Assembly (NCBI GenBank): GCA_019058245.1
Contig: JAHPZJ010000030.1
Location: forward strand, 171,208-235,207
Reading direction: 5' to 3'
DNA from: Promethearchaeota archaeon
GTDB lineage: Archaea; Asgardarchaeota; Lokiarchaeia; Sigyniarchaeales; SOKP01
DNA length: 64,000 nucleotides
Shown here: positions 40,514 through 50,489 of the stretch, piece by piece
Numbering within the stretch: position 1 is the first letter of the stretch
Layout of the letters: every line of letters starts with the position of its first letter
Translations under genes and position numbers: made by a program
Notes under the pieces: model-generated
The model's database searches: none
Told to the model about the DNA's origin: nothing
The model's input: only the letters and a program-made list of their open reading frames with translations

Positions 40514-41947
40514 ATGTCTGAACCATCATTAGAAAATTTGTTAAGGGATGCCAGAGTTGATCTGGTATTATCTAGAATAGAGAGTAATCCATCTGTAATT
40601 AGTGAAGTTATTAAATATTTGGATAGTTCAATAAGATCTATAAAATTCAATTCAATTAACGTTTTAGGGCAAGTAGGAGACAAATCCAAAACCGCTGTTC
40701 CTAAGTTAATAAAACTTTTAGAGGATGAGGATTGGAGTATTTGTCGAGAAACTGTACGTTCTTTGGGAAATATTGGAGAGCTTGCAAAAGATGCAATACC
40801 CAATCTATCGAAATTGCTTAATAGTAAAGAAATATCTATTCGCAAAGAAGCCGCAATAAGTCTTGGTAAAATAGGAAATCCAACTAAAGATTCAATTTCA
40901 GGTTTAGTTAAGGCATGTAATGATGATAGTGAGGAAGTTCGAACTGAAGCAGCAAGAAGCATTGGAGAACTAGGGCCAGAAGCTCAAGGATCTATACCAC
41001 AATTAATGAAGTGTCTTAAAGATGCAGATTGGGCGGTTAGAACAGCTTCTGCTCAATCAATTAGTAAGATTGGAAAAGGATCTACAATAGCCATTCCTCA
41101 ACTGATTCAATCATTAGAAGACAAAGATTGGAGAGTACAATACAGAGTAATAAATACATTGGCGGATATTGGTCGAGAAGCTGTTCAAAGCCTTTTAGAA
41201 GTATTAAACCATAAGAAAAAAAATGTCAGAATTGGAGCAATTGATGCTTTAAGTGAAATGAAAATAAGTGATCCAGAAGTTATAAATAGGTTAGCTATTC
41301 TATTAAAAGATAAAAAAGAAGCTGTACGAGGAAAAGCCGCATATGCTCTTCGAAATATTGGAAAAGATAGCATTCCAGCCTTAGTTAAAGCACTTGATAC
41401 AGCTAATAAAAAAATGCAGATCGTAATTCTTACAGCAATAGGAGGAATTGGTAAGGATGCAGCAGAGGTAATCCCCACTATTATAAATTTTCTAAAGCAT
41501 CCTGAACAAGATAATGAACTTCCACTCTCACAGTCGTTCTTTGGAAGAATAGGACAAGCATTTTCAACATTTTTTACTGATCCAACCTCAACAAAAAGTA
41601 AAATTCGTGTTGAAGCAGCAAGAACTCTCGGTAGAATTGGACCAGAATCGGAAAATGTTATAAAAGCCCTTGAAATAGCATTAAGAGATCCAAAGAAGAA
41701 TGTTCGTCGGGAAGCCGCTCTTGCGTTAGGTAAATTTGGATCATTATCAAAAATGAGTATTCCATCTTTGATCAATGCATTAAATGATAGAAGTCCAGAT
41801 GTAAGATGGAGAATTTCTGAAGCGTTGGGTAAGATAGGTGAAAAAACAACAGAAGTTGTTTCAATCCTAAATGAATTAATACATGATAAATGTGATTATG
41901 TATGTGAATCAGCTTATAATGCTCTTGATGAATTAACTGGTGAATAA
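40514..41947 (+). CDS. HEAT-repeat (PBS-lyase-like) protein
   Basis: Repeated 'P.L...L.D....VR..AA..LG.IG'. Confidence 0.9.
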   Translation: MSEPSLENLLRDARVDLVLSRIESNPSVISEVIKYLDSSIRSIKFNSINVLGQVGDKSKTAVPKLIKLLEDEDWSICRETVRSLGNIGELAKDAIPNLSKLLNSKEISIRKEAAISLGKIGNPTKDSISGLVKACNDDSEEVRTEAARSIGELGPEAQGSIPQLMKCLKDADWAVRTASAQSISKIGKGSTIAIPQLIQSLEDKDWRVQYRVINTLADIGREAVQSLLEVLNHKKKNVRIGAIDALSEMKISDPEVINRLAILLKDKKEAVRGKAAYALRNIGKDSIPALVKALDTANKKMQIVILTAIGGIGKDAAEVIPTIINFLKHPEQDNELPLSQSFFGRIGQAFSTFFTDPTSTKSKIRVEAARTLGRIGPESENVIKALEIALRDPKKNVRREAALALGKFGSLSKMSIPSLINALNDRSPDVRWRISEALGKIGEKTTEVVSILNELIHDKCDYVCESAYNALDELTGE

Positions 41948-42221
41948 AGAAGATCTTAAGATAAAATTTTAACAATTTATTTAAAAACTTTTTAACAATT
42001 TAGAGAATTTAAAAAATAACTTATTGAATCTTAAATTCAATTTTTATTAACAAAAATCCAAAATTAATTGATTTTTTACAAAGAATATCGTCTTTATATT
42101 TTCTAACTATTTCTTAGTAAAATTGAATTAAAGATCAGCCATAACCTTATTATTGGATCGAAATTTTTATTAATATTATAAATGTAAATTTAAAAATTAT
42201 ACAATAGATGGTTTTAAGAAA

Positions 42222-43922
42222 ATGAGTGAAACTAATCCCTATGCAAGTAAACCTTGGTTAAAACATTATGATGAAGGAGTTCCAGCTAGTATTGATTATC
42301 CTGAAATTAATATTAGTAAATTTTTAGATGATTCAGCAAAGGAGTTTGGAAGTCGATCAGCTATTTGGTTTTTGAAAGAGAAAATCTCTTATAAAAAGTT
42401 AAAAGATTTCACTGATAGGCTTGCTACAGCATTAGTAGACTTAGGAGCTAAAAAAGGTGATGTTGTTGCTCTAATGATGCCAAATTTTCCTCAATTTATA
42501 ATAGGTTATTATGGTATTTTGAAAGCAGGAGGTATTGTTACTTCAGTAAATCCTCTATATACAGAACATGAATTAGCATACCAATTAAATGATGCAGGAG
42601 CAGAAATAATAATTGTCTGGGATAACCAATTAGATAAAGTATTAAAAGTAAAAGAAAGAACTCGTCTCAGATATATAATCATTTCCAATGTCTTTGATTT
42701 TGCTCCAAACGCTAATCCTCTCGGTAAAAGAGAACCTCCTGAAATCGCTGGAACATTGCAACTATTAAATCTGATAAATAAAACCAAACCTAAACCTCCT
42801 AAATTTGAAACAAATGCAAAAGAAGATCTAGTATGCCTTCAATATACCGCAGGTACTACAGGATTACCCAAGGGGGCAATGCTAACACATTATAATATTA
42901 CATCGAACGTTTATATGGCTGCAGAATGGGTTAAGAATGTACTAACAAGGGGGAAGGAAACTACTCTTACCAGTATGCCTTTAGTTCACATTTATGCCCA
43001 AACAGTCTGTATGAATTTGGGTATATATCAAGGATCAACTCTCGCTTTACATCCTGATGCCAGAGATCAAAGAGCTTTATTTGAAATAGTAAAAGCAACT
43101 CATCCTACTGCTTTTCCTGGTGTACCGACGTTTTATATGCGATTATTAGAACGCGATGATCTTGAAGATTACGTTAAAGATCTTAAATCACTAAAAGTTT
43201 GCAATACTGGTGCTGCTCCAATGCCTCCAGAAGTTCTAAATGAATTTGAAGAAAGAACCGGAGCTGTTATTTTAGAAGGATATGGAATGACTGAAACTTC
43301 ACCATCAACAATTTCCAATCCATTCGGAGGACAAAGAAAAATTGGTTCTGTTGGACTCCCATTTCCTGATACTGAAGTTAAGTTAGTTAATATTGAAGAT
43401 TATAACCAGATCGTACCTCAAGGGGAATCAGGTGAGATAATGATAAAAGGACCTCAAGTTTTTAAGGGTTATCTTAATAAACCCGAAGCCACCGCGAATC
43501 AATTAAAAGATGGATGGGTTCTTACAGGTGATATCGCAGTAATGGATGAAGATGGCTACTTTTTTATCGTAGATAGAAAGAAAGATATGATTAATGTAAG
43601 TGGATTTAAAGTATTTCCAAGAGAAGTTGAAGATCTATTATTTGAACATGAAAAGATAGAAAAGTGTGCTGTTATTGGGGTTCCTGATACTCTAAAGCCT
43701 GGAAGTGAGAAAGTAAAAGCTTACATTGTATTAAAAGATGATTTTGCAGAATCACCAGAAATAGAAGCTGAAATAAAAGAATATTGTAGAAAAAATTTGT
43801 CTCCTTATAAAGTACCAAAATTTTTTGAATTTAGAAAAGAACTTCCAGAATCTTTTACAGGAAAAGTTCTTAGGAAAGATCTAAAAGAAATTGAGGCATC
43901 GAGAAGAGGAGAAGAAATCTAG
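42222..43922 (+). CDS. Long-chain fatty acid--CoA ligase (FadD-like)
   Basis: 'YTAGTTGLPKG', 'EGYGMTE', 'TGD', 'DRKKDMI..SGFKVFP.EVE', 'YKVP', 'GKVLR'. Confidence 0.9.
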   Translation: MSETNPYASKPWLKHYDEGVPASIDYPEINISKFLDDSAKEFGSRSAIWFLKEKISYKKLKDFTDRLATALVDLGAKKGDVVALMMPNFPQFIIGYYGILKAGGIVTSVNPLYTEHELAYQLNDAGAEIIIVWDNQLDKVLKVKERTRLRYIIISNVFDFAPNANPLGKREPPEIAGTLQLLNLINKTKPKPPKFETNAKEDLVCLQYTAGTTGLPKGAMLTHYNITSNVYMAAEWVKNVLTRGKETTLTSMPLVHIYAQTVCMNLGIYQGSTLALHPDARDQRALFEIVKATHPTAFPGVPTFYMRLLERDDLEDYVKDLKSLKVCNTGAAPMPPEVLNEFEERTGAVILEGYGMTETSPSTISNPFGGQRKIGSVGLPFPDTEVKLVNIEDYNQIVPQGESGEIMIKGPQVFKGYLNKPEATANQLKDGWVLTGDIAVMDEDGYFFIVDRKKDMINVSGFKVFPREVEDLLFEHEKIEKCAVIGVPDTLKPGSEKVKAYIVLKDDFAESPEIEAEIKEYCRKNLSPYKVPKFFEFRKELPESFTGKVLRKDLKEIEASRRGEEI

Positions 43923-43953
43923 AATAATTTTCAGCGTTTTTTAAAAATATTCT

Positions 43954-44112
43954 TTAAGTAAAATTTTTTTCTTTCCATTTTTTTATAAAATCTTTAAAGC
44001 TGTTTTCAGGGATACCAAGAGAATTTGCTATTTTATGATTTAATAACTTATTTGATTTAGATTTATCTCCAAAAGACTGTTGCCAATCATAATAGCTTAT
44101 TGCTTTAGACAT
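43954..44112 (-). CDS. 52-aa small ORF with HTH-like C-terminus (not in ORF track)
   Basis: MSKAISYYDWQQSFGDKSKSNKLLNHKIANSLGIPENSFKDFIKKWKEKNFT. Confidence 0.4.
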   Translation of the reverse strand: MSKAISYYDWQQSFGDKSKSNKLLNHKIANSLGIPENSFKDFIKKWKEKNFT

Positions 44113-44506
44113 AATAATAATATTAAAATTTACTTAAATAAACCAAGATAGTGTATCAGTTTTCTAATAATCTATATGATAAATATAATCTATCATATCA
44201 TAATTACAAATTTGTATATTTAGGTTTAAGTCTTACAATCTATTAGTCGTGCCAAAAGGACAAAAAAATGAAATAAGCAAAGATATATAATAGAAAAAGT
44301 TCATATACTACGTATTAGAAATATATCCGACAAAAATTATCGATTTCTAATTTTCTATTATAGAATATATTTTTTTAGGTCGTCCTGCTTGTTCTCCTTT
44401 TATAATTTTTTCTTCTTTTTTTTTACAATATCCTAATCTTTATATCTTTGTGAATAATTAGTATAAGATAATTAAGAATAAGAGTAATATAATTGGTTGA
44501 GAGAAA

Positions 44507-45382
44507 ATGATACCTAAGCTGGAATTTGGAAAAACTGGACATTTGAGTACACGAATTATTTTTGGAGCTGCTGCTCTTAGTAATGTTACTCAAGCTGAAG
44601 CGGATCAAACCTTCGAAGTCCTTCTTAAATATGGAATAAATCATATTGATACAGCTGCAGGTTACGGTGAATCAGAATTACGTATTGGCCCATGGATGGA
44701 GAAACATCGTAATAAATTCTTCCTTGCTACAAAGGTATTTAGACGGTCGTATAAAGATGCCCTTAATCAGATAAATAGTTCACTTGAAAGATTGCGAGCA
44801 ACTTCAATAGATCTAATTCAATTCCATAATTTAACGTCTAAAGACAGCTGGAAAAAAGTAATGGGGTCTGATGGGGCATTGAAAGCTGCTATTGAAGCCC
44901 GTGAACAAGGATTGGTTAAATATATCGGGGTAACTGGACATGGATATACGGTAGCTGCTATGCACCAGAGAAGTTTAGAACAATTTGAGTTTGATTCAGT
45001 TCTTTTACCCTATAACTATGTTATGATGCAAAATTCAGAATATGCAGCAGATTTTGATAATCTCTTGGAAATATGTAAAGAGCGAAACGTAGCAGTACAA
45101 ACAATAAAATCTTTAGCACGTGGTCCATGGGGGAAAAAGAAAAGGATACGATCTACCTGGTACGAACTATTTAAAGATCAAGCTGATATTGACCGTGCTG
45201 TTCATTGGGTTTTAGGAAGAGAAGGTATTTTCCTGAACTCTAGCGCCGATATTCATATTTTGCCCAAAATACTTGATGCTGCTATACGTTTCAAGAAAGG
45301 TCCTCCAGAAGAAGAAATGCAAGGAAAAGTTATTCAGTTAGGAATGAAACCTATATTTGATGGGAGATCTTTAGTCTTGTAA
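44507..45382 (+). CDS. Aldo/keto reductase
   Basis: '[14 protein letters not shown]', 'LATK', 'SLERL..IDLIQFH', 'IGVTGH'. Confidence 0.9.
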   Translation: MIPKLEFGKTGHLSTRIIFGAAALSNVTQAEADQTFEVLLKYGINHIDTAAGYGESELRIGPWMEKHRNKFFLATKVFRRSYKDALNQINSSLERLRATSIDLIQFHNLTSKDSWKKVMGSDGALKAAIEAREQGLVKYIGVTGHGYTVAAMHQRSLEQFEFDSVLLPYNYVMMQNSEYAADFDNLLEICKERNVAVQTIKSLARGPWGKKKRIRSTWYELFKDQADIDRAVHWVLGREGIFLNSSADIHILPKILDAAIRFKKGPPEEEMQGKVIQLGMKPIFDGRSLVL

Positions 45383-45442
45383 TTTTGAATTTTAACTAAA
45401 ATTTTAAAAAAGAAACATTTATATTTTTTATCATTATTATAT

Positions 45443-45471
45443 CAGTCACTGGTAGTCCAGTAACTGGTAGT
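45443..45471. promoter_or_regulatory. Tandem palindromic operator (CAGTnACTGGTAGT x2) before padR
   Basis: Direct repeat at 45443-45456 and 45458-45471, each containing the CAGTnACTG palindrome, abutting TTTTATAA. Confidence 0.6.
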
Positions 45472-45530
45472 TTTTATAATAAGTAAAATTTTTAGTCATA
45501 AATACAATTGTCTATGATTTTTAGTTAACT

Positions 45531-46112
45531 ATGGTTGAAAATTATCATAAGAATTTTGAAAAAGTAGTAAAAAAAAATTTCATTAATATCTTTATCCTTA
45601 GTATTCTTGAGAAAGGTCCTTCTCATGGTTATAAAATCGGACGTGAAATAGAAAAGCGTACTCTAGGGATATGGGAACCAAGAGCATCAACGCTATATTG
45701 GATACTTAATAATCACAGGGAAAAAGGATTTATAAAACTCATTGAAGATGATAAAAATAGAAAAGTTTACAAGATTACTGATAAAGGTAGAGAAACTTTA
45801 AAATTAATGAAACAAACTCAGCGAAACATACGTAAAGCTTATCGTCATTTTTTAACATCTTCAATTATAAACGATGGTTCTATTGATATAGAAGAACTCG
45901 AGCACTTTAGTGAAGTTCCAAATATCCAGATGTTACCAATTGCATTAAAGGCAGATAAGTTTAATGGGAAATTAACTCTAAATGAAAGACTCCAGATTTT
46001 AGAAAAGATGAAAGCCTCAATTATAGAAAATCGAGATCGCTTGAATAAATATATTACTGATTTTGATAATACAATCTCACAAATTAAAAATGAATTGGAT
46101 AAAGAAAATTGA
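45531..46112 (+). CDS. PadR family transcriptional regulator
   Basis: 'ILSIL..GPSHGY.I', 'STLY..L', 'RKVYKITDKG'. Confidence 0.9.
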   Translation: MVENYHKNFEKVVKKNFINIFILSILEKGPSHGYKIGREIEKRTLGIWEPRASTLYWILNNHREKGFIKLIEDDKNRKVYKITDKGRETLKLMKQTQRNIRKAYRHFLTSSIINDGSIDIEELEHFSEVPNIQMLPIALKADKFNGKLTLNERLQILEKMKASIIENRDRLNKYITDFDNTISQIKNELDKEN

Positions 46113-46162
46113 TATAAAACAATTAAGTAAAAAAAAATAAAAAATAGAGTTGAAATAATTAA

Positions 46163-47134
46163 ATGAGTGAAGATATAATTAAAAAAAAAATTACTTTCCT
46201 TACTTTTCTTATATCATATAGATGTACAAATGAATGCAAGCATTATGCATTACAAGCTTCTCCAAAACAAGACAACATTTCAATAGAATTAGAAGATGTA
46301 AAAAGATACATGAAAGATATTACTTCTAATTATGATATAGGGGAAGTAGGTTTTTTTGGAGGAGAACCATTTCTATATTTTGACTTGTTGGTTAGTCTCG
46401 TTGAGGAAGCGAAAAAATATGATATTCCAAAGATTGGATTACCAACAAATGGATTTTGGGGAAAAAATAGTTCAATAGCCAAGGATTATGCCTTAAAATT
46501 AAAAGAAGCAGGTTTAAATCACATTGGCTTTAGTATTGATGCTTTTCATCAAGAATTTATTTCACTTGATGTCGTTAAGCGTGCGATAAAAGCAACTTAT
46601 GATGCTGGAATTGAATGGATACATTTGATTGCTCATACTGTAGGATCTAAAAATGAGAAAAATTCTTTTAACGAACAAACAAAGAAAATTATTGATGTTC
46701 TTTCAAAAGAATTTGAGTCTTTAGAAACCATCACTACTGATCTACAAGTAAAAGGTAGAGCTGCTAGAGAACTTGAAAGAAACTACACAATGACGACGAA
46801 ACTCTTTGATAGATGTCTTTACTTTAAGACACCAATGTTTATGATAGATCCTTATGGATGGGTTTTTCATCAATCATGTCTGGGAATTTGTATAGGGAAT
46901 GCTAAGAAAAAATCTTTATCTGAAATAATAGAGAATTTTAACTACAGAAAACATCCAATAATAGGAAAGTTAGTTGCTAAGGGAGGGCCTCAAAATCTTC
47001 TTGAAATGGCAATAGAAAAAGGATATAAACCGCAGGATGGATACGCCGATAAATGTCACCTCTGTTTTAGTGCATTGAATTATCTCCGCCCTTATTATCC
47101 TAATATCATCGAACCTTCTAATTTGTATTTCTAA
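46163..47134 (+). CDS. Radical SAM protein with incomplete cluster motif (CxxxCxxY)
   Basis: 'RCTNECKHY', 'GGEPF', 'TNGFW', 'SIDAFH', SPASM-like C-terminal Cys 'CHLC'. Confidence 0.8.
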   Translation: MSEDIIKKKITFLTFLISYRCTNECKHYALQASPKQDNISIELEDVKRYMKDITSNYDIGEVGFFGGEPFLYFDLLVSLVEEAKKYDIPKIGLPTNGFWGKNSSIAKDYALKLKEAGLNHIGFSIDAFHQEFISLDVVKRAIKATYDAGIEWIHLIAHTVGSKNEKNSFNEQTKKIIDVLSKEFESLETITTDLQVKGRAARELERNYTMTTKLFDRCLYFKTPMFMIDPYGWVFHQSCLGICIGNAKKKSLSEIIENFNYRKHPIIGKLVAKGGPQNLLEMAIEKGYKPQDGYADKCHLCFSALNYLRPYYPNIIEPSNLYF

Positions 47135-47247
47135 GTATTTTCAAAACCAAGCCATTTTGGGAAAATTAATCATTTTTCTTTTTTTTTAATTCCGAACTTG
47201 AAATATTGGTTAAACTTATTTTGTCTTATTTAATTTAAAATCATAGT

Positions 47248-49836
47248 ATGTTTATTTATTTAGAGAATTTAGAAGAAACGGAAAATGATAATAAAGAATT
47301 ACTTTTAATTCCAAAACCTCGCTATTTTAGATTGAAAAATGTTAAAAAATGGAAAATTACAGAAAATTCAATACTATATACGGATTTGGATCGTGAATAT
47401 TTCTTTATTATTGAGCAATTCCAAGAAAAGTTGAATTTTTTTGGATTTAGAAAAGAGTTAGAAATCAATCATGTAAATAATTTTAATCAATTACCAAAAA
47501 TCAAATCAATTAAAGATACAGTTTATTCCAATTTTCCTGATGGTTTTTATAACAAAATCTTAGATGAAAAAAATTATATAGAACAAGGTTATATCTTAAT
47601 TTCCAATAATTCTACAATCTATATAGAAGCACCATCTTATCAAGGAATATTCTATGGATTCCAAACTTTGATGCAGTCATTAAATTCAAGTCAAAATAAA
47701 TTATCCATAGCTGAAATCAATATAATTGATTTTCCTCTATTAAAGATTAGAGGGATCTCTGATGATATTTCAAGAGGTCAATCACCTACAATTGATAATT
47801 TAAAAAAGTTCATCAAAGAATTAAGCTATTATAAAATAAATCAATATTATTTAGCCTTCATAAATGATATGTTTAAATTTTCAAATTATCCTGAAATTGG
47901 GATAAACATAGGTAGATACTCAAAAGAGGATATATTAGAATTGCAGGAGTTTGCTAATAAATGTTTTATACAGTTGATTCCTATTTTTCAGACTGTAAGT
48001 AATTGGGATAACATTTTACATCATCCTGATTATTGGAAATATGGAGAATTTCCTGGTTCGGATAGTTTAAATTTAAGTAATGATAAGATCTATGAACTTT
48101 TGGATGGAATGATTGGGGAGTTAAGTACAACCTTTAAATCAGAATATTTTCATATTGGAGGAGATGAAAGTTTAGATGTTGGAAAATTAGCTTCAAATAA
48201 TTTAATAAAAATAATAGGTATTGGGCAAGTATATCTAAATCACTATAAAAAAGTATATGAAATTGTGAAAAAACATGGATATAAAAAGGTGATTATCTAT
48301 CATGATACTCTCTATAAATATAAAGAACTTATTGAAGGTTTGCCAAAGGACATAATAATAAATTATTACAATTACAAATTTAAAAATGAGTATCCAGAAT
48401 TAAAGAAAATTAAGAATTATGGTTTTCCAATAATAGTGAGCCCCTCTATCATCGATTATAATCGAATATTTCCCACTATTGATAAATATGAGAAAAATAT
48501 AGTTAATTTAATTAAAAGTGGTTATGATAATGGAGCAATTGGGGAAATTACATCGAGTTGGGGTGATTATCGGAATAAGGAGATTAGAGAAAACCGATTT
48601 TATGGTTTTATATATTCTGCGATGGTGGGATGGGATCCAGTAAAAGAAATTAATATTCTATATTTTTGGAAGAGTTTATTTTTACATTTTTTTGGAATAT
48701 TCGACCCTAAATTAATTAAGGTTTTTAGTATTTTTCGCTCAATACAAGAAAAGCGTCAATTACATATTCGTCCTACTACTTATTATAATCATTTTTTTGC
48801 CCACCCTTTTTCAAAGAATACTACAAGGCATTATAGAAGGATAAAAACTACAAAATTTGAAAAATTAATATCAAATTTGAACGATATTATTAAAATTTGT
48901 GAAGAGCTAGAGGACAAAGTCCTTAAAAATAAAATTAACATCCGAAATTTAGCATTTGTTTTAAAACACATTGTCATCTTCTGTGAAAAAAGATTAAGTA
49001 CAAAACTTTTTATAAAGTTGAAATTTTTTAGTGAGAAAAACAAAAAACAAAAAATCATTGATATTAATGAATTTATTACTAAATTGAATTTATTGATAAA
49101 TGAATATGAGTGCTTATGGTTATCATGTGCAAAAAAGGAAGGTTTGGAACCTGTAAAAACTTTATATTGGTGGTTAATAAAATTTTATGAAGATAAAATT
49201 AAAGATATACAAAATAGTAAAATTTGGATAGATCCTAATATCCCAAGTGAGTCAATATATTTAGATAAGGAAACTCTACATAGTGCTCATACTACTTATT
49301 ATACGAAAACAGTAAATATTGAAGGAGAGATAAAGAATGCATATTTACAAGTAATTGCGGGTACATATGCTAAAATTTTCGTAAATGAAACCTATATTGG
49401 TCATATAATTACGAGACATTCACTTAATGTTGTTGTGAATGATAAAAATATTCAAATTTTTGATATAAAGAAATACCTTAATCGAGGGAAAAATGAAATT
49501 AAGATTGAAAATTCTGATTTTATAGGAGGGATTGGCCCTATTAATGTTTATGGTGAAATTGAATTAGTAGATAACCAGAGGATTAAATTAAAAACGGATA
49601 AATCATGGTTGGCTAAGAGAGAAGAAAGTGAAGATTGGAGGAATGTAAAGAGCCTCGGTAGACCTCCTAAAATTACAGGAGGATTATATTATCCTGATTT
49701 TAAAAACTCTCTGCCATCGAGAGAAAATCATGTTTTAGCAAATTTCAATTCACTTGTAAGTAGAAAATCGAAAAAATCATTTTGGTTACTAAAATTAGTA
49801 TTTAAACTATTCAATCGATATAGTATTATAGAATAG
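47248..49836 (+). CDS. Glycoside hydrolase family 20 (beta-N-acetylhexosaminidase-like) with C-terminal beta-sandwich
   Basis: 'LLIPKP', 'GIFYG.QTL.Q', 'IIDFP..IRG..DDISRG', catalytic 'HIGGDE'. Confidence 0.85.
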   Translation: MFIYLENLEETENDNKELLLIPKPRYFRLKNVKKWKITENSILYTDLDREYFFIIEQFQEKLNFFGFRKELEINHVNNFNQLPKIKSIKDTVYSNFPDGFYNKILDEKNYIEQGYILISNNSTIYIEAPSYQGIFYGFQTLMQSLNSSQNKLSIAEINIIDFPLLKIRGISDDISRGQSPTIDNLKKFIKELSYYKINQYYLAFINDMFKFSNYPEIGINIGRYSKEDILELQEFANKCFIQLIPIFQTVSNWDNILHHPDYWKYGEFPGSDSLNLSNDKIYELLDGMIGELSTTFKSEYFHIGGDESLDVGKLASNNLIKIIGIGQVYLNHYKKVYEIVKKHGYKKVIIYHDTLYKYKELIEGLPKDIIINYYNYKFKNEYPELKKIKNYGFPIIVSPSIIDYNRIFPTIDKYEKNIVNLIKSGYDNGAIGEITSSWGDYRNKEIRENRFYGFIYSAMVGWDPVKEINILYFWKSLFLHFFGIFDPKLIKVFSIFRSIQEKRQLHIRPTTYYNHFFAHPFSKNTTRHYRRIKTTKFEKLISNLNDIIKICEELEDKVLKNKINIRNLAFVLKHIVIFCEKRLSTKLFIKLKFFSEKNKKQKIIDINEFITKLNLLINEYECLWLSCAKKEGLEPVKTLYWWLIKFYEDKIKDIQNSKIWIDPNIPSESIYLDKETLHSAHTTYYTKTVNIEGEIKNAYLQVIAGTYAKIFVNETYIGHIITRHSLNVVVNDKNIQIFDIKKYLNRGKNEIKIENSDFIGGIGPINVYGEIELVDNQRIKLKTDKSWLAKREESEDWRNVKSLGRPPKITGGLYYPDFKNSLPSRENHVLANFNSLVSRKSKKSFWLLKLVFKLFNRYSIIE

Positions 49837-49915
49837 GTATGGACATGTAAGTTCCAATTATAATATTAAAGTTTATATAATTTTATCTAATAGTTATTTT
49901 AATAACTAATAATTA

Positions 49916-50476
49916 ATGGATCAAAAAATGAGTAATCAAGGACAAGAAAAAATTAATGTAAGAGATTGGATTACCCTAAGCACCGTAATGATAGGAGCAG
50001 TATTAACAATCCTAGCTTTAATTTGGCAAGTACCACCTCCTACGGGTAATGGAATAGTTACTAGTACCTTTTTATTAATGGTATCATTCATTTTTTTTGT
50101 AAACTCTGTATCTACAAATTCTAAAGCTCAATTTGAAGTTAATCAAGGAAAATCCTCTGAAGAACGTATTCAACGTTTTGTAACTTTTGCTGAATACTCT
50201 TTTGGCTTAGGATTCACTCTTGTCATTACGGGTTTTGCAATTCTTGGCTATGAATATTTGTTAGGCTATGTTGGTCGTGAATTGGCCACATTATTACTCC
50301 CAATTACGTTTTTAGTAACAACTTGGGCAATTATATTTATATATAATCTAATAAATTATTTTGGTAAACCCCTTGGAGCATTAAGAAGCTTAAAGCGCAA
50401 TCTCTGGATGTTTTTAGAACTATTTTGCTTGGTAATTATTATATCAGACTTCTTTGAGGTTCTCTTAATTCCATAA
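49916..50476 (+). CDS. Hypothetical membrane protein (~5 TM)
   Basis: Hydrophobic segments; no recognised motif. Confidence 0.6.
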   Translation: MDQKMSNQGQEKINVRDWITLSTVMIGAVLTILALIWQVPPPTGNGIVTSTFLLMVSFIFFVNSVSTNSKAQFEVNQGKSSEERIQRFVTFAEYSFGLGFTLVITGFAILGYEYLLGYVGRELATLLLPITFLVTTWAIIFIYNLINYFGKPLGALRSLKRNLWMFLELFCLVIIISDFFEVLLIP

Positions 50477-50489
50477 ACCTTCTTTTTTT

